From: Octopus sinensis
Lineage: Eukaryota
DNA length: 64,000 nt
Assembly: GCF_006345805.1 (NCBI RefSeq)
Contig: NC_043021.1
Coordinates: 6,200,001 to 6,264,000 of the forward strand
Reading direction: 5' to 3'
The notes under the pieces are model-generated. The model saw nothing but the letters and a program-made list of their open reading frames with translations. It ran no database searches and was not told the DNA's origin. Made by a program: the position numbers and the translations under genes. This document shows positions 47,167-58,455 of the stretch, piece after piece. Positions within the stretch are counted from its first letter, which is position 1, and each line of letters begins with the position of its first letter.

Positions 47167-47908
47167 ATTAGAGATAGAACCACTATTAGGCAAATCAAAC
47201 AGTGAAAATCATAAGCCAATACATAGAAATAAAATTAATTAAAAAATATATAAAAAATATAAAATATAAAAATCCAATTAAAATATTTAAATTAAAGTTA
47301 AAATTTTAAAAAATTATTTAAATTAATAATTTAAACTTATAAATTATAAATATATATATATTTTTATTATTATTTTATTTAATTATTTATTTTTTTATTA
47401 TTTTAATTTTCATTTATATTTTTTACTTTTTTATATTTTTTTATTTTTTTATTATTTTATTATTATTATTTTTTTTTATACTATCAAAAAGTATTAAAAG
47501 TTTAATATAAGAGTATATATATATATAATCCTCTCTCTCTCTCTGTCTGCCTATCTATATATGTATATCCATACACACAAACATATATGTATATACTTAT
47601 ACATACATATGCATACACACACATCTTTTACTTGTTGCAGTCATTAGACTGTGGCCATGCTGGGGCGCCACCTTTAGGAAGTTTCAGTTAAATAAATCAA
47701 ACCCAGTACTTTTTTTTTAAGCCTCGTACTTATTCTATTGATCTCCTTTTCTGAACTGCTAAGTTACAGGGACATGCCAACACCAGTTGTAAAGCAGTGG
47801 TAGGGGACAAACACACACACATGATGGGCTTCTTTCAGTTTCTGCCTACCAAATCCAAGGCTTTGGTCAGCCGGAAGCCATAGTGGATTAAAAAAACTAC
47901 CATTAATT

Positions 47909-47967
<59 letters not shown>

Positions 47968-48019
47968 GTATATGTATGTATGTATGATGTGTATATATAT
48001 ATATGTATATATATATATA

Positions 48020-48058
<39 letters not shown>

Positions 48059-48158
48059 CTGTCTATACATTTTTTCTATTCCTGAGCGTTATACTAATAC
48101 AGCTGTTTGTTTTGTACACCACCTGTCTTTGTCTTTTGTTTTTTTCGTGAATTCTCCC

Positions 48159-48191
<33 letters not shown>

Positions 48192-48204
48192 TACATATAT
48201 TATT

Positions 48205-48570
48205 CTTTTACTTTTTTACTTGTTTCAGTCATCTGACTGCAGCCATGCTGGAGCGACCCTAGGACTTATTCTTTGTGAGCCTAGTACTTATTCTATCCAT
48301 CACTCTTGCTGAACTGCTAAGTTGTGGGGTACATAAACACACCAGCATTGGTTGTCAAGCAATGATGGTGGTGGGGGGAACAAACACAGACACACACACA
48401 CATATCTGACGGGCTTCTTTCAGTTTCCATCTACCAAATCGAGTCACAAGGCTTTGGTTGACCTGAGGTTATAGTAGAAGACACTTGCCCAAGGTGCTGT
48501 GCAGTGGGACTGTACCTGGAACCATGTGGTTGGGAAGAGAGCTTCTTACCACATAGCCACGACTGCGCCC
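48205..48570 (-). mobile_element. SINE family A (diverged)
   Basis: Reverse copy; another diverged copy at about 47625-47885. Confidence 0.8.
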
Positions 48571-49768
48571 ATATATAATTATTTTCAGGATCCAATTAAT
48601 TTGAAGTATTTTAATAACAAAGACACCAACGTAGAGTCAAGGACGGTATAGCCATGAATCAACAGTGTGTACAGACACCCACATACTTACTAAAGCATAT
48701 ATGTATTTGTCCTTCCAGTTATGCATACATCCACAAGTGTTGATCAAATACACTCAGTGTATATGTAAAATCACACCAGAGTATACTCCACCATGTAGTC
48801 TATGGTCCATTGTAGGCCAAAGATCAAGTGCAAGGAAGGTTCTGAGTGTGGTGAAGTATAAACAATAACGCAAATGGATTGAGGTTGACTACAGTCGTTT
48901 CAGGTGTGTTTTTTTTATTTATGAACAAATCAAATTTTGTTTAAATGTTTGATAACTCAGCACGTCCATTGGACAGGAGGGGGGGGGGTTGCTTGTATAT
49001 TATATACACACACACATATATAAAAGAAAAGAGAGATGGCAAAGGAATAAATGGTTATCTTATTCCTTTGTCATATCACTTTTTCTTTATACTACTCTAA
49101 ACTCATCTAACACTTCATTCTGAAACCTTCATATGTTGAGTTCTACACTGGATTATTGACCTCGCAAAGCCAAACCAAAATAGTGCGTGTATACATATTC
49201 ACACACATTTCGTCTGCTGTTGCGTTCTGGGTTCAAATTCCGCCGAGGTCGACTTTGCCTTTCATCCTTTCAGGGTCAATAAATTAAGTACCAGTTACGT
49301 ACTGGGTCGATGTAATTGAATTAATCCATTTGTCTGTCCCCTCTATGTTTAGCCCTTGTGGGTAATAAAGAAATATATATATATATTCACACACACACAC
49401 ACACATAACAACCCTTCCTAATGTCAACCATTTCACATACAAACAAAAAAGAAAAGAAAAGAGAGAATAGGTGGAATTGCACATATCACATATATCTACA
49501 AAATGAAACTTGAAATTTTGAAAAAAAATGTGATTTGTGTCAGTATGTATGTGTGCATGCATCAAATTCCAATATAATCATAATTTATACACTCTGAAAT
49601 ATATTTGTAGAGATTTTTATTTAAAAATATCCAATTGCATTTCATCATGTAGCTCTATTTTATATTTCCTAATATACATGCTTGAGATTCCTTCATGTTG
49701 CATGTCTAGCCAATGTTCTTCCAACATTCATACCATATGTATACTTATGCATATACACTATAAGAATA

Positions 49769-50062
49769 TCACGTGATCACGTGACCGACCAGACCATCAG
49801 ATGTTGTTACATCGCTGGTCACAATGCACTTTACATTGTTTTAGCCTTCGAATGACGCCACCCCGCTGGCTAAGCGAGCAGGCCAACAGAAGAAAGAGTG
49901 GTGAAAGAGTACAGCAGGGATCGCCACCACCCTCTACCGGAGCCTCGTGGAGCTTTTAGGTGTTTTCGCTCAATAAACACTCACAACGCCCAGTCTGGGA
50001 ATCGAAACCGCGATCCTACAACGGTGAGTTCACTGCCCTAACCACTGGGCCATTGTGCCTCC
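49769..50062 (-). mobile_element. SINE family B2
   Basis: Reverse complement of 16273-16570. Confidence 0.85.
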
Positions 50063-50124
50063 ACATAAGAATATATGATATAAAATATTAAATCAATGTA
50101 AGACATGCTATCTTAGAGATATCT

Positions 50125-50835
50125 CATCATCATCATTTAACATCTGCTTGGTTCCATGTCTATTCGGGTCTCCCTTTACTACAAGGTCCATCTTGAAGGA
50201 ATTAAGACATTTTTTTCTTATTGTTGTCTTCATCCATATGCTTCACATGTCTATAACCAGCACAGTTTTTTTCTTGCATTCTACACAATTCCTCTAATGC
50301 TCAATTTTTTCTCTCAACACATTTGTACTTCGTTGTTCAATCATACACTACACATCCAACAGAGCACACTAGCTTCCTTTCTTTCTAGTCTTCTCAAATC
50401 TTCAGCATCGAAAGCTCATATCTCACGACCACGCATCATTGCAATTCTAGCAAAAACATCATACAATCTGCTTTTCAAACTGAAGGAAAAAAAGTCGTCG
50501 TTGCTAACAATGGTAGCAGCTCCATGAACTTTCTCCAATCTGTTCTTACCCTGGCTATTATACCTATTTCTTTACTACCCACGAGGGGCTAAACACAGAG
50601 AGGACAAACAAGGACAGACATAGGTATTAAGTCGATTATATCGACCCCAGAGCGTAACTGATACTTATTTAATCGACCCCGAAAGGATGAAAAGCAAAGT
50701 CGATCTCGGCGGAATTTGAACTCAGAACGTAGCGGCAGACGAAATACCTCTAAGTATTTTGCCCGGCGTACTAACGGTTCTGCCAGCTTGTCGCCTTTTA
50801 CCCTGGCTATTATACTATCAGAGAAATCGCCTTTC
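50125..50835 (-). mobile_element. RTE-like LINE fragment interrupted by a SINE C insertion
   Basis: GDFSDSIIARVRTDWRKFMELLPLLAT...; (ATG)n tail at about 50125. SINE C sits at 50564-50797. Confidence 0.7.
50564..50797 (-). mobile_element. SINE family C with an 18-bp TSD
   Basis: TTACCCTGGCTATTATAC at 50546-50563 and 50798-50815. Confidence 0.92.
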
Positions 50836-51191
50836 CTAGCCAACAAAAGCTATCGACCAAGCAGTCCTAAGATCAAAAGTATTTGAACCGTGACCATCCT
50901 GTACTTCTTAGAATGGCAGGGTATAATTTGAGTGAGATCCGGCTGCTATTTTTACCAAAGTCAAAAGTCAAGTGACTGTAGGGTGTCGCCTCATTTAGCT
51001 GATACTTCTAACAAGTCGAGTAACTGGATGAGTTTCTCAGCGAGATTTGGCCGCTAACTTTGTCTAGTCGAGAGACAGTGCAATGGATCATTCGTTAGAT
51101 GTTTGAGTGAGATTTAGCTGCTATGTTTTTTTGCCAGAAGCCTCTTCTTAAATTCAGGAGAACTTTAATAAATCACAAACCATAGTTTCGC

Positions 51192-51262
51192 ATGAGCAGT
51201 AGTTGAATATGGCGACACCAACCTAGACATTGTTTCGTATCAACAATATCTAACATGGCGAC
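51192..51262 (+). promoter_or_regulatory. Two short uORFs and a duplicated AA(T/C)ATGGCGAC (YY1/Pho-like) motif upstream of ELP4
   Basis: ATGAGCAGTAGTTGA (51192-51206) and ATGGCGACACCAACCTAG (51209-51226). The main start context is AACATGGCGACA. Confidence 0.4.
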
Positions 51263-51390
51263 AGCCAGCTTTTCAAAGAATAAATCTTCGCAAAGATCCA
51301 GAGTTCTACAAATACCGGGAACGAAACCGTCACTGTTCAACCACCAACTTCTAGTGTCCTCTGGAGTACCATCGTTTGATAACCTCTTGG
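51255..51390 (+). CDS. ELP4: Elongator complex protein 4, first coding exon (remainder not found in window)
   Basis: MATASFSKNKSSQRSRVLQIPGTKPSLFNHQLLVSSGVPSFDNLL-G matches the ELP4 hallmark I.GT.PS..N.QLLVS.G.P..D.LLG. Donor G|GTAAGT at 51391. Confidence 0.9.
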
Positions 51391-52779
51391 GTAAGTACAT
51401 TCGATATTAACAGAATATTTCTCTATCGGAGCATTATTGAACTATCGGTTCAAGTGTACAATCACAACTGTTGTTATCATTAACATCAGTTTCACATAAT
51501 AATAATAATAATGATGATGATGATGAATAATGAATCCTTTCTACAATAGGCACAAGGCCTGAAATTTTATGAGAGGGGGCTAGTCGATTACATCAAACCT
51601 AGTGCTCATCTGGTACACCGGGCAGGCATTTTCCGATACTTATTTCATCGACTTGGAAAGGTGGAAGGCAAAGTCGACCTCGGCGGAATTTGAACTCAGA
51701 ACGTAAAGCCAGAAAAAAATGCCCTTAAACATTTTTGTCAGGCGTGCTAACGATTCTGTCAGCTCACCGCAAAACATTGACACAAGGCCTTTTATATTTC
51801 ATTATTCGAGGAGAGATCTTTTCAGTAATCAGTTCGTGATCGCTATTATCAGTTATCGATCTGCCGGTTAGATGAAAGGGAAAGTTGATTTAAAATTTAT
51901 TTTTTAAACTTCGGCAGTATGTTTAGACAGAGAACAAATGTAAAGGAATAACACAGCTTGTGATAATAATTACATGGATAAGATAAATCAACAACGATAA
52001 TGTTTTTAAAAAAATTTTTTTTTTTACCAAAACAAAATATTGGCAATGAGTGATATACAACCTTACCGCTCTGATTCGGGGTTGATCCACACTTGATCGA
52101 CAGCAAGTACCGTTAATACCATTAATATATTGAAAAAGAGTTAGTTAAACTGCAACTTGTTTCTACGTCTGTTGACTATTACCACCTTTACTAGTAAGTA
52201 ATATAGTTAAGAGAGAGAGCGATGTTGTAGAAACGGACACAGCTACGTCGTCGTCTGACGTTTCCAAGAAATGTGCCGCGTATATTCTGTAGTTATGCCG
52301 CGCGTATTTTAAAGCGGGTCAGAAAACGCCAGAATATTGAGAAAACCCAGTGTTATGTCTGCTCCTTTGTAAAGTCAAACGCGTGCTACGATTTCAGTTT
52401 TAAAACAATTTTAATATTGTACTTTTTTTTATTTATTTATACATGTAGAAGCTGCTTATTATGATCAAGTTTGAGACGAAGCCTTTTATATAATAGTATT
52501 CGGGTGATAACATTAATTAATTATACTGAACATGTTTGGGACTTGCTAATTTTAATGTTAATTGTTATAATAAAACTTGAATTACGGCGTAACGTGACAT
52601 TTTTAGCACCTTGTTTCGGTATGTCGCGGACAGAAAAAAAAAAGAAGTTGAAATTGCTACTTGTCAGAAATAGCTGCTAACCTTGCAAACCAAACTCCTA
52701 ATTGTCTTTAATGATATGAATGTGTCGCTCAATATGCTACATACAACAACAACAATAATAATAATAATAATAAACATAG

Positions 52780-52990
52780 TAGTGATATATATAGTTAATC
52801 CAAACAAGAAATAAAAACAACAACGCAAGGACGTGGAACAAATAAAGTATTATTGGACGCTCAGGGAAGAAGGAGGGTTTGACGTTTCGAGCGGAGCTCT
52901 TCGTCGGAAACATAGGAGAAGGAAAGATCCCGAGAAGGGAAGACAGGAGAAAAAAATTACCAACGGTACACATGAGGTCACGCATGTGCA
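52780..52990 (-). mobile_element. Penelope-like element terminal (pLTR) fragment
   Basis: Carries the hammerhead fold. Downstream ...cctgagcgtccaataatac... resembles the segments at 11560-11790, 33300-33450 and 48060-48165. Confidence 0.5.
52877..52911 (-). ncRNA. Minimal type-I hammerhead ribozyme fold in a Penelope-like terminal repeat fragment
   Basis: Minus strand reads GUUU-CCGACGA-A-GAGC-UCC-GCUC-GAAA-CGU-C-AAAC: stem I 4 bp, stem II 4 bp, palindromic ACGU stem III. Core has C in place of U4. Confidence 0.65.
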
Positions 52991-55900
52991 TCTTAGCGTA
53001 ACACTGGTGTTTATTTGCAGTACACCGGGCAGGCATTTCTGGGCTGTTTGTTGTTCAGTGGTATTATTATTACCCAGCTACTCCAGTATGCTCTCATCTG
53101 ACTCATGCAAGCATGGAAAAGTGAACGTTAGAACTGTGTGTGTGTGCGTGTATAACATTGACGCAAGAAATAACTGGGCATTCTTTCGATACGAGTCCCA
53201 TTCACATCACGTGTATTTGTTTACATTTGAAGAAGAAGATCGTCACTTTCCGTAAAATCTTTATTTTTTTTATATATGTGGGATTAGGGTTAGGGGTGGG
53301 GGAAGGGTATAGTTTTTGTTCAGAAATGTAAATAAATCCACGTGGGTTTATAAGTGACAGTCATGTACTAGTACCGAATGATCGCCGTAAGGGATGTACA
53401 TTACTTCAAAACTTAAAAGGGAAGACGTTTCGGTCTCGGTACGGATACTTGATCATAGATGTTGTGTTGAGTCGGAGCTAACACGGTCCCTTACACTAAT
53501 AACTACCTAACAGTACTTGGTTTTGTTCCCCAGCTGTAGTGGGTAAAAAAAAAAATTCAGAATGACTACCAGTAATATACTGAGGTTAAGTATCGACTCG
53601 GACTATTGCCTATACTCTGTAGCCTGCCTGGCCAATACATCATAGATGACCGAATCAAGCTTGCAGTTGAGAAAAAGTAGGAAGTCACTCAAGCATTATC
53701 CTATTGTAATCCGCTTAACCAGTTGAAAATAACAGCCAAATCTCATTCAAATTACACACTACAGCCTTAAAAGAACATGCTGATTAAGTTAATCCGGGTT
53801 TCCTTGCATGCAGGAAATATGTTAGATAGTCATAACTGAAATGCTTTTGCTCACGAGTCAGTTTGATCAGGGCTAACTTAAGGCTAAACAACAAGCTGCT
53901 GGGTCTGTTAGAAATCACAGCCGAATATTCCTTAAATTGATCCCCTACTCAGATGTGTGACGAAAGATTTCCAGGCAATGGGCACAGATAAAATAAGAAC
54001 AATAATAAATGAGTGAAGAACGAATATATACAGCGTGTTTATTTGGCAAGGAAAGAAAATGGCCATCTCGAAATATAACAACAATAATAAAGCTAAACTG
54101 AAGATCAAATAAATAGTGAGTGTTTAATGGACAAAAAAAAAAAAAAAACCCACCATCCCCAAGTATATCAATATCTAGATTTTCTCATATTGAAAAGGAA
54201 GATTCTTGGGCCATTTTTAATAGGTATCCAAGGAGGATTGCTATTCTTCTGGACAGTCCAAAAGTATTGCAACGCTTTATGGGAAAGCTAGTTCATATCT
54301 GACTCAAGATCTTCAGAGTCTGGGTGATGTGTTCCTACAGTGTCCGGAAGCTCACGCTAGAAGCAAAATACATTCTTCAACTTTTCTCTTGATATGATTT
54401 TCCATTTTTGCTTTTGATTCTCTTTCTGACAGTCCAGTCCTTATTGCAAGGATTCAGGTTGTTGTTGGACAGTTCTTTGCTCCTCAACCAAATGATTTAT
54501 GTCCTGTCCATTCACCTAAAGATCTATAGAACCAGAATAACGTGCTGTTTCCTCCTCCAGTACAGGCTCGGGTTAAAACATTTCAAATTCTATTGAATAG
54601 ACAACAACACGCCAGAATGCTCTCCAAGAAGAGTTCACGCATTTCAAGCTCACCCCATGACTTCACTATTAAATGCACACCATCTGCAATGGTGCTGGGA
54701 TTTTTTCTCTCCATTTTTTCGTGTTACATCAATACAGTTTCTTCAAAGCAAATCTCGTATATAATTTTTTAAAAAGATACGACCGATTGGCTGTAGCGGA
54801 GGAGGAGGATGCGGCAGGAAATGGGCTTTTGTAAAAGCCATCTCCTCTGGTATTTTGGTTCACGAAGCTGGACGGGTGTACAGGAACAAGAAGAGCCTTC
54901 ATTGAAAGACTTTTCTCTTTGAGGTAGTTATGTACAGTGGGAGCAAACATGAATGAACCACACAGTAAACAGGCTCCTCGTAACTCGGGCCTTCGATGGA
55001 ATCCTGCAGGCCAATGTTCATGAAGGCTTGTGTTTTTTACATGATACACTCAGAGTGGCTTTACATTAAAATCTTCTTTAAATTATATAAATTATATTTT
55101 TGACCAATTAATGTTTCAAAATTAGTTAACTTCTTCGAAATAAGTTGGCGAATATTGAAAAATAAATCTTGCACAACGCTAATATTTCTTTGAAAAATTC
55201 TGCTTCTGTCAATGAAATAAGACTTAGTACAATGACATGCATATTCGAAGTTACACATGATTAACCGAAAGCCATGTGGTTAAAAAGACTGCGAACTAGG
55301 GGAAGTAATTCAGCTCTAATTTTTACTGCATCGAAACAAATTTGTTACTTTAGTTTTTAGTTTATTATTTAATTAATTTTGGAAATCGCTCGTAGTCATG
55401 ATAATATTATTCCTTGCTAAAGAAATGGAAAAGCATACGTTAATAAAGACTTTCGTAACCAGAGTCTTCATTTTATGTGTGTGTGTGTGTATGTAAAACT
55501 CTTTCTGAGTTACTTCCCCTCCCTATACGGTCTAACAATGTCGTCTGTTAGACTTTTGGCATCTTTCAGATGAAGCAAAGCGATAAATAGTTTTTCAAAT
55601 ACTGAAATTAAAGGAGTTGTTTATCCCCCTAGATCAGCATACAATGGGAGAAATCTATGATCAAAAGCGTTCCAACTAAGACAGTCCCGCAATACGCTGT
55701 GTCTAGCATGCCAGGCATGTGGCTAATGTCCAGCTCTGATAGCTGAAAGTCTGTCTTCAAGAACAAAGTGGACAGAGGTATAGTAATTATCTGGTCCAAA
55801 TGCGTGCAATAGTGAACTCAATGACCAGTTGTTGTTGCTTAACCCCAAGTCAACACTGTGATCAAGAATAAACATTGGTAAGAAATTCTTCACCATACCA

Positions 55901-56248
55901 TCATAAAATCAATGTATCTTTACATTTTAAAACAATTAAAAGTATGAAGGTGAGTAGATTTGGCTGTTATTTCTAGCAGGTTGACTTACCACACAATCAC
56001 CTATCCCCTACCACCCAAACATGGGGATTTTTAAGGTTGTCTTTTATCTTTTACTTTTATTTGACTGCAGTCATGTTGGGATACTGCCTTGAAGGGTTTT
56101 AGTCGAACGAATTGATACCTAGGACTTTTTTTTTAAAGCTTGTTATTTGTTTTATTGGTCACTTTTGCCAAACTGCTAAGTTATAGCAACATAAACACAC
56201 CCACACCAGATGTCAAGCAGTGTTGGAGGACAAAACAGACTTAAAAAT

Positions 56249-56284
<36 letters not shown>

Positions 56285-56589
56285 ATGACGGGCTTCTTTC
56301 AGTTTCCATCTACCAAATCCACTCACAAGACTTTGGTTGGCCTATAGTAGAAGACACTTGCCCAAGGTGCCACACAGTCAGACTGAACCTGAAACCATGT
56401 GGTTGGGAAGAAGGCTTCTTACCATGCAGCCATGCCTGTGTATTTTGAAAACAGTAGTGTTGTACTGATTATAGGTTTACAAGTTAGCGACATTAGTTTG
56501 TGACTGCAGAAGTGGTTAGACAGTGTTTGTGAAAAACTTGAACAGAATTACTATTATTCAATGTATTTTTATCAGAAGCACAAATTTAT

Positions 56590-56989
56590 TATTCTTTTAC
56601 TCGTTTCAGTCATTTGACTGCGGCCATGCTGGAGCACCACCTTTAGTCGAGCAAATCGACCCCGGGACTTATTCTTTGTAAGCCCAGTACTTATTCTATC
56701 GGTCTCTTTTGCTGAACCGCTAAGTGACAGGGACGTAAACACACCAGCATCGGTTGTCAAGCAATGCTAGGGGGACAAACACAGACACACAAACATATAC
56801 ACACACACTTATATATATATATACATATATACGACAGGCTTCTTTCAGTTTCCGTCTACCAAATCCACTCACAAGGCATTGGTCAGCCCGGGGCTATAGC
56901 AGAAGACACTTGCCCAAGATGCCACGCAGTGGGACTGAACCCGGAACCATGTGGTTGGTTAGCAAGCTACTTACCACACAGCCACTCCT
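56590..56989 (-). mobile_element. SINE family A
   Basis: Full-length reverse copy; a diverged copy at about 56050-56420. Confidence 0.9.
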
Positions 56990-58039
56990 AGTTTATCTTA
57001 CAAGTAGTAATAGGAGCATCATCATCATCATCAGTAGCAGCAGCAGCTGTAACAACAACAGTAATACTTTTTACTAAAGGCACAAGGCCTGAAATTTCAG
57101 GAGATGGGGATAGTTGACCACATCGACCCCAGTACTCAACTGGTACTTATTTTATCAACCCCGAAAGGATGAAAGGCAAATTTGACCTCGGTGGAATTTG
57201 AACTTAGAATGTAAAGACAGATGAAGTTCTGCTAAGCATTTTTCCCAGTGTGCTGATGATTCTGCCAGCTTGCCACCTTAATAATACTCATAATAATAAT
57301 AATAATAACAGTGAAAATAATAATTCTTATTTTGGCACAAGGCCAGCAATGTCAAGAGGAAGGGATTAATTGATTACATCACCCCCAGTGCTCAGTTGAC
57401 ACTTATTTTATCAACCCTGGAAGGATGCAAAGTAAAGTCAGCCTTGGTGGAAATTGAACTCAGAACTGAAAAGCACCTAAAGGACACACTGCTAAGCATT
57501 TTGTTGAACATCATCATCATCATCGTTTAACGTCCGTTTTCCACGCTAGCACGGGTTGGACGGTTCGACCGAGGTCTGGGAAGCCAGGGGCTGCTCCAGG
57601 CTCCAGTCTGATCTGGCAGAGTTTCTACGGCTGGTTGCCCTTCCTAACGCCAACCACTCCGCTAGTGTAGTGGGTGCTTTTTACGTGCCACCTGCACAGG
57701 TGCCAGGGCGGATCCGGCATCGGCCACGATCGGTTGGAGCTTTTAACGGAAGCCAGCCAAGGCGGCACTGGCAACGTTCGGATGGTGCTTTTTATGTGCC
57801 ACCAGCACAGAAGCCAGTCGGAGCGGCGCTGGCATTGGCCACGTTCGGATGGTGCTTTTTATGTGTCACCGGCACAGATGCCAGTCGGGGCGGCGCTGGC
57901 AACGTGGTAACAATTCTGCCGGTTTGCAGCCTTCAGGAAAAAAATATATGAATAAATAATAACAATGAACAGAAAGAAAAAAAATTGAAAATAGTAATAG
58001 TAAATTTTAAGGGATGAATAAAAGAATTACAATAAGATT

Positions 58040-58455
58040 AAGAAAGTGGAGATAGTTAGTTAGTTAATTTTTGGCTCAAAAGCAAATAGCAAGGCCATGT
58101 AGGGGGACATGGAGTTAAGTACAGGGTGGTGTTCATGTAAAGAGTTCAGGCCACTTGAGGTCAAGGGAGGCTTTGAACAAAGCGGTCGTCGGCATCTTCA
58201 CCATCTCGTCTGGCAGCTTGTTCCACGGATCCGCAACCCGGACGGAGAAAGCTCCTCTCCTTCGATTGAGATGAAATCGTCGCAGGTAGAGCTTTTCGGA
58301 ATGACCCCGCAGCCGACGCTCTGGAGCAGGAGTGAAGAACAGCTCTTTCGAGAGGTTACACTTTCCGCTTATGATGTTGTGAGCGAGAATGAGATCACCA
58401 CAGCGGCGGCGTTTTTCAAGAGAATCAAGGTCGAGCGTCCTCAGCCTTTCTTCAT
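58040..58455 (-). mobile_element. CR1/L2-type LINE 3' end
   Basis: RLRTLDLDSLEKRRRCGDLILAHNII...RLRGHSEKL...RRGAFSVRVADPWNKLP...FKASLD*, with a (CTAA)n-like tail. Confidence 0.88.

Noticed and set aside
50543-50552. Strong minus-strand donor CAGG|GTAAGA as the XRCC4 5' UTR exon end
   Set aside because: It lies inside the coding remnant of an RTE LINE (ARVRTDWRKF), so there is no independent support.
51173-51400. 75-aa minus-strand ORF (MYLPKRLSND...)
   Set aside because: It is the antisense shadow of ELP4 exon 1, which has clear homology and a consensus donor on plus.
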